A stretch of DNA of 64,000 bases, from the NCBI RefSeq assembly GCF_006345805.1, contig NC_043010.1, forward strand, positions 29,202,001-29,266,000, given 5' to 3'. This DNA comes from Octopus sinensis (Eukaryota). Below, one piece after another: positions 1-11,552 of the stretch. The notes beneath the pieces were generated by a model that was not told where the DNA came from, made no database searches, and saw only the letters and a list, made by a program, of their open reading frames with translations. Within the stretch, counting starts at the first letter, position 1, and every line of letters begins with the position of its first letter. Both the position numbers and the translations under genes were made by a program.

Positions 1-646
1 AAATATTTTAACGTGCTTTTATTTATACGATTTTTTCATTCCATGTCTATCTCATTCATTATTTGCAATGTTCTGTCTCTCTCTCTCTCTCTCAGTTTCA
101 CACACACACACACACACAAACACACATGCTCCAGGTTTGATTTCTTTATTACACAAATATCACACTAAAATTTTGCAATTCAACATGGGGCGTCCAAAAA
201 ATATGGGCATTATTTTGCTGGAACTTGCACACTTCGTTAATTTACGTAAACTTTTTTTACCTATTTTTTTTTCACGCCGTGTTCAGCTCTATGTATTTGT
301 AGTTAGTCACATACGCACACATGTTTTTGTATGTACGTTTGTATACATTCATATATGTGTGTGTGTGTTTGTGTGTGAGTGAGTGAAGGTGTGTGTTGTC
401 ATGTATACGTACATATATAAATGCATATGCATACACCTTTTTTGCATACATGTATGTGAGAGACAGTGATATCTAAGTGGCACACTCTCTCTCACACGCG
501 CACACATACATACAAGAAAGATGTGTGCACGTATATATGACAACACACCCCTTCACTCTCTCTCTCTCTCTCACACTCACACACACATACACACATGCCC
601 ATTTCATCAGATGTTTGATATTGTATGTATATGTATCTGTGTGTGA

Positions 647-717
<71 letters not shown>

Positions 718-749
718 GCGTTAGACAATCGCCATAAAAAGCAGAGGAA

Positions 750-1737
750 TTTTCTTTCTTAATGCTCCTGGTGACACAGGTAAAACATTTGTAACATTGC
801 TTCTCTCCAAAGTAAGGCAATAAAAAAAATTGCAGTTGCTGTACCATTGTCTGGCTTTGCTGCCACCAGCCCAGAAAGACGAACAGCTCATTCTGCTTTC
901 AAATTACCACTAAACCTGGTCACCAGTGACAGTCTAATTTGTAACATAAGCAAAGATTCAGGTTCAGCAGAAGTTTTGTGCCACTGCCACCTTATCATTT
1001 GGGATGAATGCACCATGTCACGTAGAGGTGCAATGGAAGCTCTTCTTAAGACCTTACAGGACATCAGAGACAACAATAAATTTATGGGAGGAGTTACATT
1101 AGTTTTATCAGGAGACTTCTGATAGACATTACCAGTCGTTCTGAGACGAAAAAGATCTGATGAAATAAAAGTATGCATTAAGTCTTCACACCTATGGCAT
1201 AAAGTACTGAAATTCTCCTTCAATACTAACGTGCGAGCTTCGTTACATGGGGACTAAGGCGCAAAACATTTTTCAACCTGGCTCCTCCAATTAGGAAATG
1301 GGTAAGTACCATTTGATGGGAATGGTGATAGCAGTTTGGCTCATATTGCTATCATAGTGAATTCCCCAGCTGAATTGAAGAACAGGGTATTGCCAGACTT
1401 AACTAATAATTATAAATCACACAAATGGTTGAGTGAAAGGGCAATTCTTACTCCAAAAAATGAGACAGTTGCAAGAATTAACCATGAATTAATGAATAAG
1501 ATTCCAAAAGTCATTAAGGAGTACAAATCAGTTGATTCAGTCCGTGATGAAAATCAATCTGTTCGTTACCCAACAGAGTTCCTTAATTCTCTTGAGCCAC
1601 CTGGAATTCCTCCACAAACTTTTTCTGAAGGTAGGAGTCCCAATAATGCCTCTAAGAAATTTAGATCCTCCTAAATTATGCAAAGGGACAGGGTTAATTG
1701 TAAATACATTATCACCTAATGTAACAGAAGCTACCAT
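750..1737 (+). pseudogene. Helitron PIF1-like helicase remnant (stops and frameshifts)
   Basis: Translates across frames as FFLNAPGDTGKTF (Walker A), RTAHSAFKLPLNL, LIIWDECTM (Walker B), GGVTLVLSGDF, WLSERAILTPKN, YPTEFLNSLEPPGIP, LRNLDPPKLCKGT. It is cut at about 1737, where repeat unit A begins. Confidence 0.9.
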
Positions 1738-2320
1738 CCAAATGGGATCGTCTGAATCTACATCCTATCTCAGATACAGCTACGTATTCCAGGAATTAAT
1801 GGAGGTCTATATAGGGACGACACGTTATTCTTCATACATAGATGTAGTAAAGTACAGCGACAAAAATAAAAGGGATCCTTATTATATATGCATATATAAT
1901 CCAAGAAAATGTGTAGTAAATAAACATATGAATATATATTAAATACACAGACGAACAGAAAACACAGAAGGTCACCAACTACTCTTCAGTTATTGGCCAG
2001 AAGATCAAAGCGCAATTTCGGCCACTGTCGATAATATTGCTTCCACTCTGGAGGCACCGGAAAGAAACTTGCCGGGAATGGGACCAAACATAACAAGACA
2101 AGACGGGCTCGAGACGAGACGGTTAGGACAAAACGAGAAGGACAAAACAATAAACAGAATAAAGGCTTAGGGCTACACGAAGACAACAATTAAAATGAAA
2201 ATAATACATATACAACAAAAAAAGCCTTAGGGCTGCAAGACAAAACAAAAATGGGTCTGTGTATTTAGTATATATTCGTATGTTTATTTACTACCCGTTC
2301 CTTTTGAATTATATATATAT
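1738..2320. repeat. Repeat unit A (left copy); inverted copy at about 18125-18735
   Basis: Reverse complement matches 18125-18735 at roughly 97% by eye, with one ~28-bp indel. The track ORFs 1986..2189(-) and 18253..18456(+) differ by one residue. There is an internal ~55-bp inverted repeat (1896-1950 vs 2255-2312). Confidence 0.9.
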
Positions 2321-2532
2321 ATATATTAAGATTTGAGTAGTTGAATGAATTATCTTATTAAGGATAATTCGAAAGATAACCGATACCTGGGTAGCAAATT
2401 CACATCAGAAAGAACACGGTTGAAACTACGTCCCTAGGGCATAGACTACGTGTCTTCGTGCGGAAATTTGTATGTTTATTTTAAATTTATAAGTATATGA
2501 AAGAATGGAGTTGAACGACTAGTTAACAAATA

Positions 2533-2629
2533 TCCTTTATTCTCGACATATGTTTCGAAGGCTGCATATTCCTAATTCCGAAGGAATAAGGAGTGCATTA
2601 TGCAGATTTCTCATCAGTAAAATCAAGGA
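2533..2629 (-). ncRNA. Type I hammerhead ribozyme motif (outward-facing copy 2)
   Basis: Same core on the minus strand. Stem I tccttgatttta/gagaataaagga pairs at 10 of 12 positions including one G-U, with a mismatch next to the core. Confidence 0.65.
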
Positions 2630-2749
2630 ACTTATGTCGACATCAAAATGCACAAAAAACTTTTAGCTGACCGCTCTCAAGGAGCCCATGGCGATAATGA
2701 GTGTCTCTTTATAAGAAGTGACGTCAGAGTGGCTGAATGTAGAAGAATC

Positions 2750-2834
2750 CTGATGAGAAATCTGCATAATGTACTCCTTATTCCTTCGGAATTAGGAGTA
2801 TGCAGCCTTCGAAACATATGTCGAGAATAAAGGA
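2750..2834 (+). ncRNA. Type I hammerhead ribozyme motif (outward-facing copy 1)
   Basis: CTGATGA (2750-2756), extended stem II (gaa/ttc, ctgca/tgcag, actcct/aggagt, attcc/ggaat), GAAA (2811-2814), catatg, TC (2821-2822). Stem I is only 2 bp with the local 5' flank. Confidence 0.6.
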
Positions 2835-2910
2835 TATTTGTTAACTAGCCGTTCAACTCCATTCTTTCATATACTTATAAATTAATATATATATATATAT
2901 ATATATATAT

Positions 2911-3013
<103 letters not shown>

Positions 3014-3033
3014 TGTATGTACACACAGGTAGA

Positions 3034-3178
3034 TTCGTGCCATGATTAATAGTTTTGTATATATTACTAGTAGATTCCTTATCTGGAGGAGTAACCAATT
3101 CTTTTACATCGACACCCTTTTTATCTAACTTAAGCTTCCTACTCGTTTTAGTATCCTGTCTCCTATCAAAGCATACTC
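3034..3178 (-). repeat. Second copy of the PLE linker segment at 8511-8656
   Basis: Direct repeat of 8511-8656. Both encode [20 protein letters not shown] on the minus strand. Confidence 0.85.
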
Positions 3179-3212
3179 AATAAATAATACACATTATCAG
3201 AACATACAATAT

Positions 3213-4085
3213 TGTTACGGACCACCTGCCGTCGCCCGGTCGAACGGGAAAGTTCGCCACGGAACTCAGAGAGGAGAGAGATAACGACAACAACAACAGC
3301 AGGAAGAGACACAGAGATACAGCGGAAGGCAATTGGCTACGTTTAACAACTAGTTTATATGACTATTACAACATCAAATACATTTAAAGATACATCAGGT
3401 AAATACAAGCAACAGAATCAACACATCAAAGCATTTAAGCAGTCCGGAGACAACAGTTCTGTTTCAAATCACATTAAAGGCATATACAATGTTCATAGAC
3501 AAATAAGTTCAGATCAAATAATGTTCAAATCAGATCAATTCAAAACACGATACAGTTCAGAGTTCTTTTCAGTCTTTAAAGACTGTATCAGAGTCTTTCT
3601 TTTTCTCTCTCTTTCTTCTTTCTCTTTTTTTCGTAACACGTATCAATACAATTCTTTTTACATAAATACCACAACTCTTTCCTTCTTTTTCTTCACATAT
3701 CAAAACATAATTAAACACAAACAAAACTTTACCCGACGTTCCTTTTCCGTCTGCAACAATTTCAGAAAATTACTACTGTAATTGCCAAGCCCTCTCGCTG
3801 CAGTCTCTTAGTTCCTTAATCCTCCCTGTCTTTCATCTGTCACAGCAGAAAACAACCTGTTACTTGCTCTGTCCTCGACTGACTCGTCTCTAGCAGAGTT
3901 TCCGGCTAACTGTGTTTACAGCTCAAGGTTCTTCCTTTTTAAGGGGTGTTTAGAACGAACTTTAGTTCACCTGAAAGGGGTCGCAGGTCTACCCAGAGCT
4001 AATTAATCAACCCGCATCTGGCAGAACAATGGATTCATTGTCAAATGTAGGTCGCCGTCAACTGTCCTCAAATTGAACCACAACA
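3213..4085 (-). mobile_element. Solo LTR (Gypsy-like)
   Basis: Termini TGTT...AACA with a 4-bp direct repeat ATAT on both sides (3209-3212, 4086-4089); 873 bp with no coding region. Orientation is tentative. Confidence 0.7.
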
Positions 4086-4320
4086 ATATTATGCACATTG
4101 ACGGTACTTTAGCTCTGTCAGAGCTTGTATATTCTGTAAACAGCGATAAGCAAACAATCACTCTAGGGACAGGAGACAGGTATTCTTTTTCTAATGTAGG
4201 TCAACAACATAGATAGCCATGGAGAAATAAAAACCTATGAAAAGAAGTTGAAATTGCTACATTACTTTCTCTGTTTTTTTTTACAGAGGGATGAATTTAT
4301 ATGTTTATTATACACACAGT

Positions 4321-4399
<79 letters not shown>

Positions 4400-4796
4400 T
4401 CATGTTTATTTGAAAGGTCGATATTACATTTCAAATATAAATTTTCATTATCTTCATAAAAAATTATTTATTTTCTTTAGAAAGAATAATCTTATCGACT
4501 GGGTCCAGTGATACCATTACTACAATTATAGGTAAGTCAATTTATTACTGCAATTTTTGTCTGTCTTGTTTCATTGTTGTTTTTCTGTTCATTATTCCAG
4601 CATTGACTTTTTCGTTTGTATGTCTTTTGGTATTATAACAGAATTAGTAAGGTTTCATTATCGCTCAATGAATTCGTCATTGAAATATCATACCATAAAT
4701 TAAGGACAAACCAAATTATATACATGCGGTAAGCTACGGGGGACACCAACATCGGTTGTCAAACGATGGTAGGTGTCAAACACAGACACAAAAACA

Positions 4797-4832
<36 letters not shown>

Positions 4833-4844
4833 TATATATATTAC

Positions 4845-5235
4845 TCTTTACTCTTTTACTTGTTTCAGTCATTTGAGTGCGGCCATGCTGGAGCACCGCC
4901 TTTAATCGAGCAACTCGACCCCGGGACTTATTCTTTTGTAAGCCCAGTACTTATTCTATCGGTCTCTTTTGCCGAACGGCTAAGTAACGGGGACATAAAC
5001 ACACCAGCATCGGTTGTCAAGCAATGCTAGGGGGACAAACACACACACGCATATATATATATATACATATATACGACGGGCTTCTTTCAGTTTCCGTCTA
5101 CCAAATCCACTCACAAGGCTTTGGTCGGCCCGAGGCTATAGTAGAAGACACTTGCCCAAGGTGCCACGCAGTGGGACTGAACCCGGAACCATGTGGTTGG
5201 TAGACAAGCTACTTACCACACAGCCACTCCTGCGA
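4845..5235 (-). mobile_element. tRNA-derived octopus-type SINE, near full length. Other copies or fragments at about 4730-4790, 5455-5600, 11300-11520, 28225-28410, 28685-28850, 29620-29730, 37610-37860, 43140-43330, 48600-48960
   Basis: Minus-strand tRNA-like head ggagtggctgtgtggtaag...ggttccgggttcagtcccactg, then the conserved body and tail ...ccagcatggccgcactcaaatgactgaaacaag, repeated many times in the window. Confidence 0.8.
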
Positions 5236-5250
5236 CTATATATATATATA

Positions 5251-5445
5251 TTACGGAGATGTACTCGCATAGCAAGTGATTTGATCTGAGATCGTGTGCT
5301 GGAACGAAAACAATTGCAGTGTTTGTAAGTCATTTAAGAAACACACAAAAGCCGTTCTATTCACTTCAACATTTAAGTTTAATTTGTCAAAATATTTTCG
5401 TCGCTTTGAGACCGCGACCTGTTCACTGACAAAAATCCGTGCTGC
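5251..5445. repeat. Interspersed repeat carrying a variant hammerhead; a second, folded-back copy at 20645-20826
   Basis: 5251-5370 matches the reverse complement of 20713-20826 plus the 20645-20715 arm. Confidence 0.8.
5383..5433 (-). ncRNA. Minimal type I hammerhead-like motif with G3:C8 core variant
   Basis: tttgtca-GTGAACA-G-gtcgc(ggtctcaaa)gcgac-GAAA-atat-TT-tgacaaa: 7-bp stem I, 5-bp stem II, 1-bp stem III capped by a palindromic tetramer. Confidence 0.5.
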
Positions 5446-5669
5446 ATATATATATATACGACGGGATTTTTTCAGTTTCCGTCTATCAAATCAACTCACA
5501 AGGCCTTGGTCTACCAGAGGCTATAACAGAATACACTTTTCCAAAGTGTCATGCAGTAAGACTGAACCTGGAACTATGTGGTTGGAAAGCAAGCTTCTTA
5601 CCACACATCCACTCCTGTAAATATATATATATATTTATATATATATATATTATATATATATATATAGCA

Positions 5670-6700
5670 GAACAGTCCACAACTCTTCTACTTTACAGTA
5701 GGTATGTAGATGACATTAATATCATAGTTTAGACTAACTCTAGTGACAGTAGTGCAGAAACTGAGAGGAACGTAATGGAAAGCATCCAGCAAGTAGCTAA
5801 CTCCATCCACCAAAGTATCAAGGTAACTTAGACTCCCCGTCCTTGATACTGAACTTTGGTTAGAGATTGTGAACAATAGAGTGCAGCTCCTCCACTCCTA
5901 TTACATGCAACCCATAGCTTCAAAATATGTTGTTCACAAGAACTCAACTGTGTCACACAACATAGAAATTAACATACTGACTTAAATAATGAACAATGTG
6001 TCCCAATTATGCGAACCCTATGAAACGAAAAACATATACAGAACTTCATTCATCGCATTCAATTCTCTGGATATGATCAGAAAGATAGGGTTCGAGTATA
6101 CAGGGTGCTAGAAAGAAATTAGATAACATTATATAAAATGATGCTAGTGGTACCTATCGTAGATATAGAAACAAAGACTGGAATAGGGTACAAAGAACTT
6201 GTGACAAAGCAAACAGGGCGAGCACGTGGTATAAAACCAACAAATATCAAGGAGTGATATTTGTAGAGGCCACAACCCATGGAGAACTAGCCCATAGATT
6301 TAGAAAAGCTCTGGAGAGCAAACTCAACATTAGGATTGTTGAAAAGCCACAACTATGTAGGACGTACCCCTTTAAGAATACCAAATGCACCAATGATAAC
6401 TGCAAGGCACGTAGGATTAGTCCTGGCATTAACTGTAGAGCTAGAGATGTAGTTTATAGCATATGATGCATAGAAGGTGCTTGTGAAGACATGAATATGA
6501 CATACATAGGGGAGACATTTAGAAGCATTGCAGAATTACTAAATGAACATTTGGGACAATATGACGACAAAAAACAGTCCTCCATACTCTACCAACATGC
6601 CAAGGACAAACATGGAGACAACCTGGGTCAACTTGACATCCGCATCTTAACCAAGCACCCAAAGGACCCAAAACTCAGACAGGAGTACGTCCTCATATAT
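5670..6700 (+). mobile_element. Penelope-like element fragment (RT C-terminus plus GIY-YIG endonuclease), family 3, degraded
   Basis: YSRYVDD RT motif, then IFVEATTHGELAHRFRK, NCRARDVVYSI.C, TYIGETFRSI..LLNEH (GIY-YIG) and HAKDKH. Confidence 0.8.
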
Positions 6701-6959
6701 ATATATACATAGTAGATATCATACCCCCATACCCACAGTTTACACAGAGTAGAATAATTAGTGGGCTGTTATATGTAGATAGATGTGTGTGGGGGGGGGG
6801 TATGTATATATATGTATATGCACATGTAAGTAAGCATATAGATATGAAAGTAAACAGATTAACATACAGACGGATGGGTACATAGGTTATATGAACAGAC
6901 ATGCACACATACACAAAGGAAGACTGAGACACATGACCATATATACACACACTTTACTT

Positions 6960-7696
6960 CACACAGGGACACATATGGAGACACACGTCTACACATATGG
7001 AGATCTAATCGATTATTAATCAGGTTGCCTTTATCTTTATGCTTAAAAATTTCATATGTTTCCATAGAGCACAATTCACACCCATATCTGCTATTTCTAT
7101 AAGGCTGTGCTTTTCTTATTATTTCCCATTTGAGGCTAAACCCAATTCCACTTTCCTTCAATTCCCAAATCTTACTGGATAATGACGTACAATTCACCTT
7201 ATGTTTAAGTTTAAAGGACGACACGTGGTTGTATAGATGCTGTTTCAAATTGATCGAACAACTATTGTATATATAATTATTAGTTGTAGTTATTATTGTA
7301 CATTTATATATATCGTTCAGGGTAAGACATTGGCCTAATAACGGACAGCGGGATTTAACTATAGAATTGCAACTAGGAGAATTATTATTATTAAAATTAG
7401 TATTATTGAAATTATTGAGGTTTCGCCTGTGATTGAAAAAGGTTTTATAAAAGGAAAAAGGGGCTCCCCTTTTTGACCAGGCTCCCGTTGGCTTTTATGG
7501 GTTTTTTCCACCAGGAACCTTTCGAAGCGCCTCCCCCTATTGGGAGTTTTTCATTGTTAAATATTTTCGTTGTTACACTGTTTTTTACACGGATTTTTAC
7601 AAACGGACAAAACCCTTTGTAACCTTTCGTCCTGTTTTGTCCCTTTATGTTTTCTAATCATGTGTGTCAGCCCTTGTGGCCAATAAAAAGAATTAA

Positions 7697-7780
<84 letters not shown>

Positions 7781-8150
7781 TTCGCTATTAATATTTCTAT
7801 CATCATGTATGTTATGTTCACATCTGTTATTTTCTGACTTCAATCGTAGTATCATTTAAAACCGCCTCTGCATCAGCAGGCATACTAATAGTTTCCATGC
7901 CCGTATATGCACCGGAACTACAATTCATAATGTTAATATTAGAAGTGCTACCACTATCACTTGTATCCACCACATCATCATCAATAATACTATTCTCAGT
8001 TTCGGGGTTTACGTTATAGTTGACAGTACTATTATTATTATTAATATTATTATTGTTGTTTTATTGCTATTGTTATTATTGTTGTTATTGTTACTATTAT
8101 TATTATTATTATCATCATTATCATTCTTCTTCTTCTTCTTATCATTATTA

Positions 8151-8222
<72 letters not shown>

Positions 8223-9295
8223 CATCATTAACAATTCTGGATAATTTTATATCATTCTTATTTAATCTAGCTATGGTAGTGCCCATATTGGGAAGAGCAG
8301 AGTATGAGATTCTAACTGTCTGACGTGAAAAGATTCTATTATATCTATAGGAAGTAGGGAAGTTTTATTTCTAAAATAGCCTTAAAGTTTCTATATATAT
8401 TTGTGGATAATGCCTAGTTGTATGGGATATTGAACCAGACGAAATTCTTACCTTTAAATTTATGGTGTAAGTAAGTGCGGGATACATTTGTATTAACCCT
8501 GCTCCCTAGAATCGTACCATGATTAATAGTTTTGTATATATTTCTAGTAGATTCCTTATCTGGGGGAGTAACCATTTCTTTTACATCGTCACCCTTTTTA
8601 TCTAACCTAAGCTTCCTACTCGTTTTAGTATCCTGTCTCCTATCGAAGCATACTCTATTATTATTTAAAATGTTAGGTTTGTAGGATGCTTTATCATTTG
8701 GTATTTTTTCACAAATAAGTAAGTTAGTAGACTTTCTATTAGTCAAACTGTCATTATTATCTCAATTATAAGGTGCAAAACTTACGGGACTAAGAAAAGT
8801 AATTTCCTGATCATATATCACCTTAGACAAAACAACATTGTAGTGGTATGAATGGAAATTAAAAATATCAATGTTTGAGGGTAATTTAGTAATTCTCCTA
8901 GAAATACGCTTAACTACCGATTTCAATACAATAGTGGGGTGATTTGATAATTTGTTCACATATATTGTAACCTCACCTTCTTTCCTATAGGGGTAGTATA
9001 ACTTAATGTTTAAAGTAGTATCCAAAAATTTACTACTTTTGTTCCATGTTCATATGTAATACTTAAGTTAATTTTTCTAATTCTTTTTTGAAAAATTTTC
9101 TAATTCCTTTTCTCATTCTTTCTATGATTGATTTATTGTTGGTATGGTGATGAACAGAGCATCCTCCCTATATAAACCTCCCTGTAATATAGGGATTTCC
9201 TATTTAGGCACCTTAAAAGGTACGCACCTACGAGATTTGTAATTTCGGCCGAATCACTCGAGCCCATCGCTATATCAGTATCTCAGTACTCTTAT
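6960..9295 (-). mobile_element. Penelope-like element, RT-linker-GIY-YIG, degraded (possibly Hydra clade)
   Basis: AMGSSDSAEITNLVGAYLL, GLYRED, YYPYRKEG..IYVNKLSNHP, FVWFNIPYN, CNSIVKSRCPLLGQCL..DIYKCTI, HLYNHVSSFK...WEII..AQPY...CELC. Interrupted by (AAT)n tracts. Confidence 0.8.
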
Positions 9296-9449
9296 ATATA
9301 TATAGTATTGATTAATAGTATGTGATGGATTTCATATAAGACTTTTATTAAGTACTACATATGTTTCGATACATCAGTCAAGGTCTCTCCAGGTACATTA
9401 ATGAAGATGTCTCACCAAAGATTTTTAGTGTCGGCAGGTTTGTTGTTAT

Positions 9450-10810
9450 CGCCTTGATCACCTTGACCGACCAGTCCGTCAGGCGTCCATTTGACACCGC
9501 TGGTCACAGCACGCTGTCCACTCCTCTCTGGATCGCGCCTTTCTCATCCACGTGATCCCAATCATCCTACTGAAATCGTAACTCCACCGTCGTGGAGGTC
9601 TTCCGGGTGGTCTTTTCCGTTCACGCGGGTACCAATCGACAACTGCGTGCGTCCACCGATTATCGGTGAGCCGGATGACATGTCCAGCCCATCTATACTT
9701 GCTGCGTGTATACTCTGCGATGACATCTCTCACGCCGGACTTCTTTCTGATGATCTTGCTACTTATGTGCTCTCTCAACGAGATACCAAGCATTGACCTT
9801 TCCATGGCTCTTTGAGCCGTTACCAGTCTTTGCTCTTCTCTCTTTGTGGTAGCCCATGTTTCACTACCATATAACATTGCAGGCAGAACTGCACTGTTAA
9901 TGAGGTTGGCGCGGGTGGTCCTGTCCAACCTTCCCTTGAGCACATCCCTTATGCCATTGAACGCCTTCCATCCAGCCCTTACTCTCCGTGAGATCTCCTT
10001 TTTGATATCCCGGCACATATTTACTTCCTGTTCCAGGTAGACATATTCCTCACCTCTCTTTCATCACTGCCGATCACCATTCGACCTGTTGGTACATTGT
10101 CTGACCGCATGAACTTTGTTTTCATGCGGTTCATCTTGAGACCTACTGCAGAACTTTTTATGTCGAGCTCCGTCAGCATGGTCTGAAGCTGATCCATGTT
10201 TTCAGCGATGAGTACGATGTCGTCAGCGAAACGGAGGTGAGTGAGGAGCTCGCCATTGATGTTGACACCACATTGCCAGTCGATGCCTCTGATGATCTGT
10301 TCGAGACATGCAGTGAAAAGTTTTGGGTAGATTGTATCTCCTTGCTTCACTCCCTTCTCGGCCGGCACTCGTATGGGCGATGACAGTAGAGCTATGTCGG
10401 TGGTGCATCTGGAATTTGCCTCTCTGAGCAGCTGCACATATTGCGCTTCGATTCCTTGCCTCTGCAGCGAGTTCAGCACTGCGTTGGTTTCGACGCTATC
10501 GAAGGCCTTCTCATAATCTATAAACGCAACGCAAAGAGGCAGCTTGTACTCATTTGCTCGCTCAAGCAGTTGCGTTAGAGTAAATATATGGTCCATTGTG
10601 CTGTAGTTCTTCCGGAAGCCTGCTTGTTCCCTCGGTTGTTGTTCGTTGAGACGACGTGACAACCTGTTCAGAATTATCTTCGTGAACAGCTTGTACACGT
10701 GAGACAGCAGGCATATGGGTCGGTAGTTCTTTAGATCTTCTCTGTCGCCCTTCTTATACAGCAGGATGGTATTTGACTCTTTCCACTGCGAGGGAATTCT
10801 TCTCTCGTCT
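9450..10810 (-). mobile_element. RTE-clade LINE, 5'-truncated, young, with 14-bp TSD
   Basis: RT motifs KNYRPICLL, QAGFR, IDYEKAFDSV, GVKQGD, LRFADD, RWAGHV, GRPPRRW; one frameshift near 10050. TSD AGGTTTGTTGTTAT at 9436-9449 and 10811-10824. Confidence 0.95.
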
Positions 10811-11072
10811 AGGTTTGTTGTTATATGCACATCAAATTAGGGACTGAAGAAAAGTAAATAATATTATAGAAACGCAAAAAAATTCAAATGTGACCTGGAA
10901 ATATTGCGATCCAGTTTAGATAAAATGACCTAATCCACTTTCGCTGTCATATCTACTTAGAGAAAAAAGAAAGTGGAAGGAGAAAGGAAGATTACTACTT
11001 AGATTAGTAGTTTTATGTTCGCGCATATACATACAGACGGTCAAACAGAGAGACATATATGCCAACAGTATA

Positions 11073-11146
<74 letters not shown>

Positions 11147-11151
11147 TATAT

Positions 11152-11242
<91 letters not shown>

Positions 11243-11515
11243 ATATATATAATATATATATATAATATATATATATATATATAATATATTTATATATATA
11301 TCTTTACTCTTTCACTTGTTTCAGTCATTTGACTGCGGCCATGCTGGGGCACCGCCTTTAGTCGAGCAACTCGACACCAGGATTATTCTTTGGAAGCCTA
11401 GTACTTATTCTCTCGGCCTGTTTTGCCGAACCACTAAGTTACAGGGACATAAACACATCAGCATCGGTTGTCAAGCAATGCTAAGGAGACAAACACAGAC
11501 ACACAAACACACACA

Positions 11516-11552
<37 letters not shown>

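Larger units (their letters stand above)
2485..2882. repeat. 133-bp inverted repeat pair with 132-bp spacer, each arm carrying a hammerhead motif
   Basis: 2485-2617 is the reverse complement of 2750-2882 with 3 mismatches. Confidence 0.9.

Noticed and set aside
68-850. ORFs rich in HT/CV/YI/LS repeats here and throughout (for example 2853, 7647, 8020, 11015, 12315, 16132, 60220-60571)
   Set aside because: They are translations of microsatellites, not genes.
9355-9385. HHR-like CTGATGTATCGAAACATATGTA (mirror at about 17558-17580)
   Set aside because: It shares GAAACATATGT with the 2750 motif but lacks A9, a stem II and a stem I; at best a relic.
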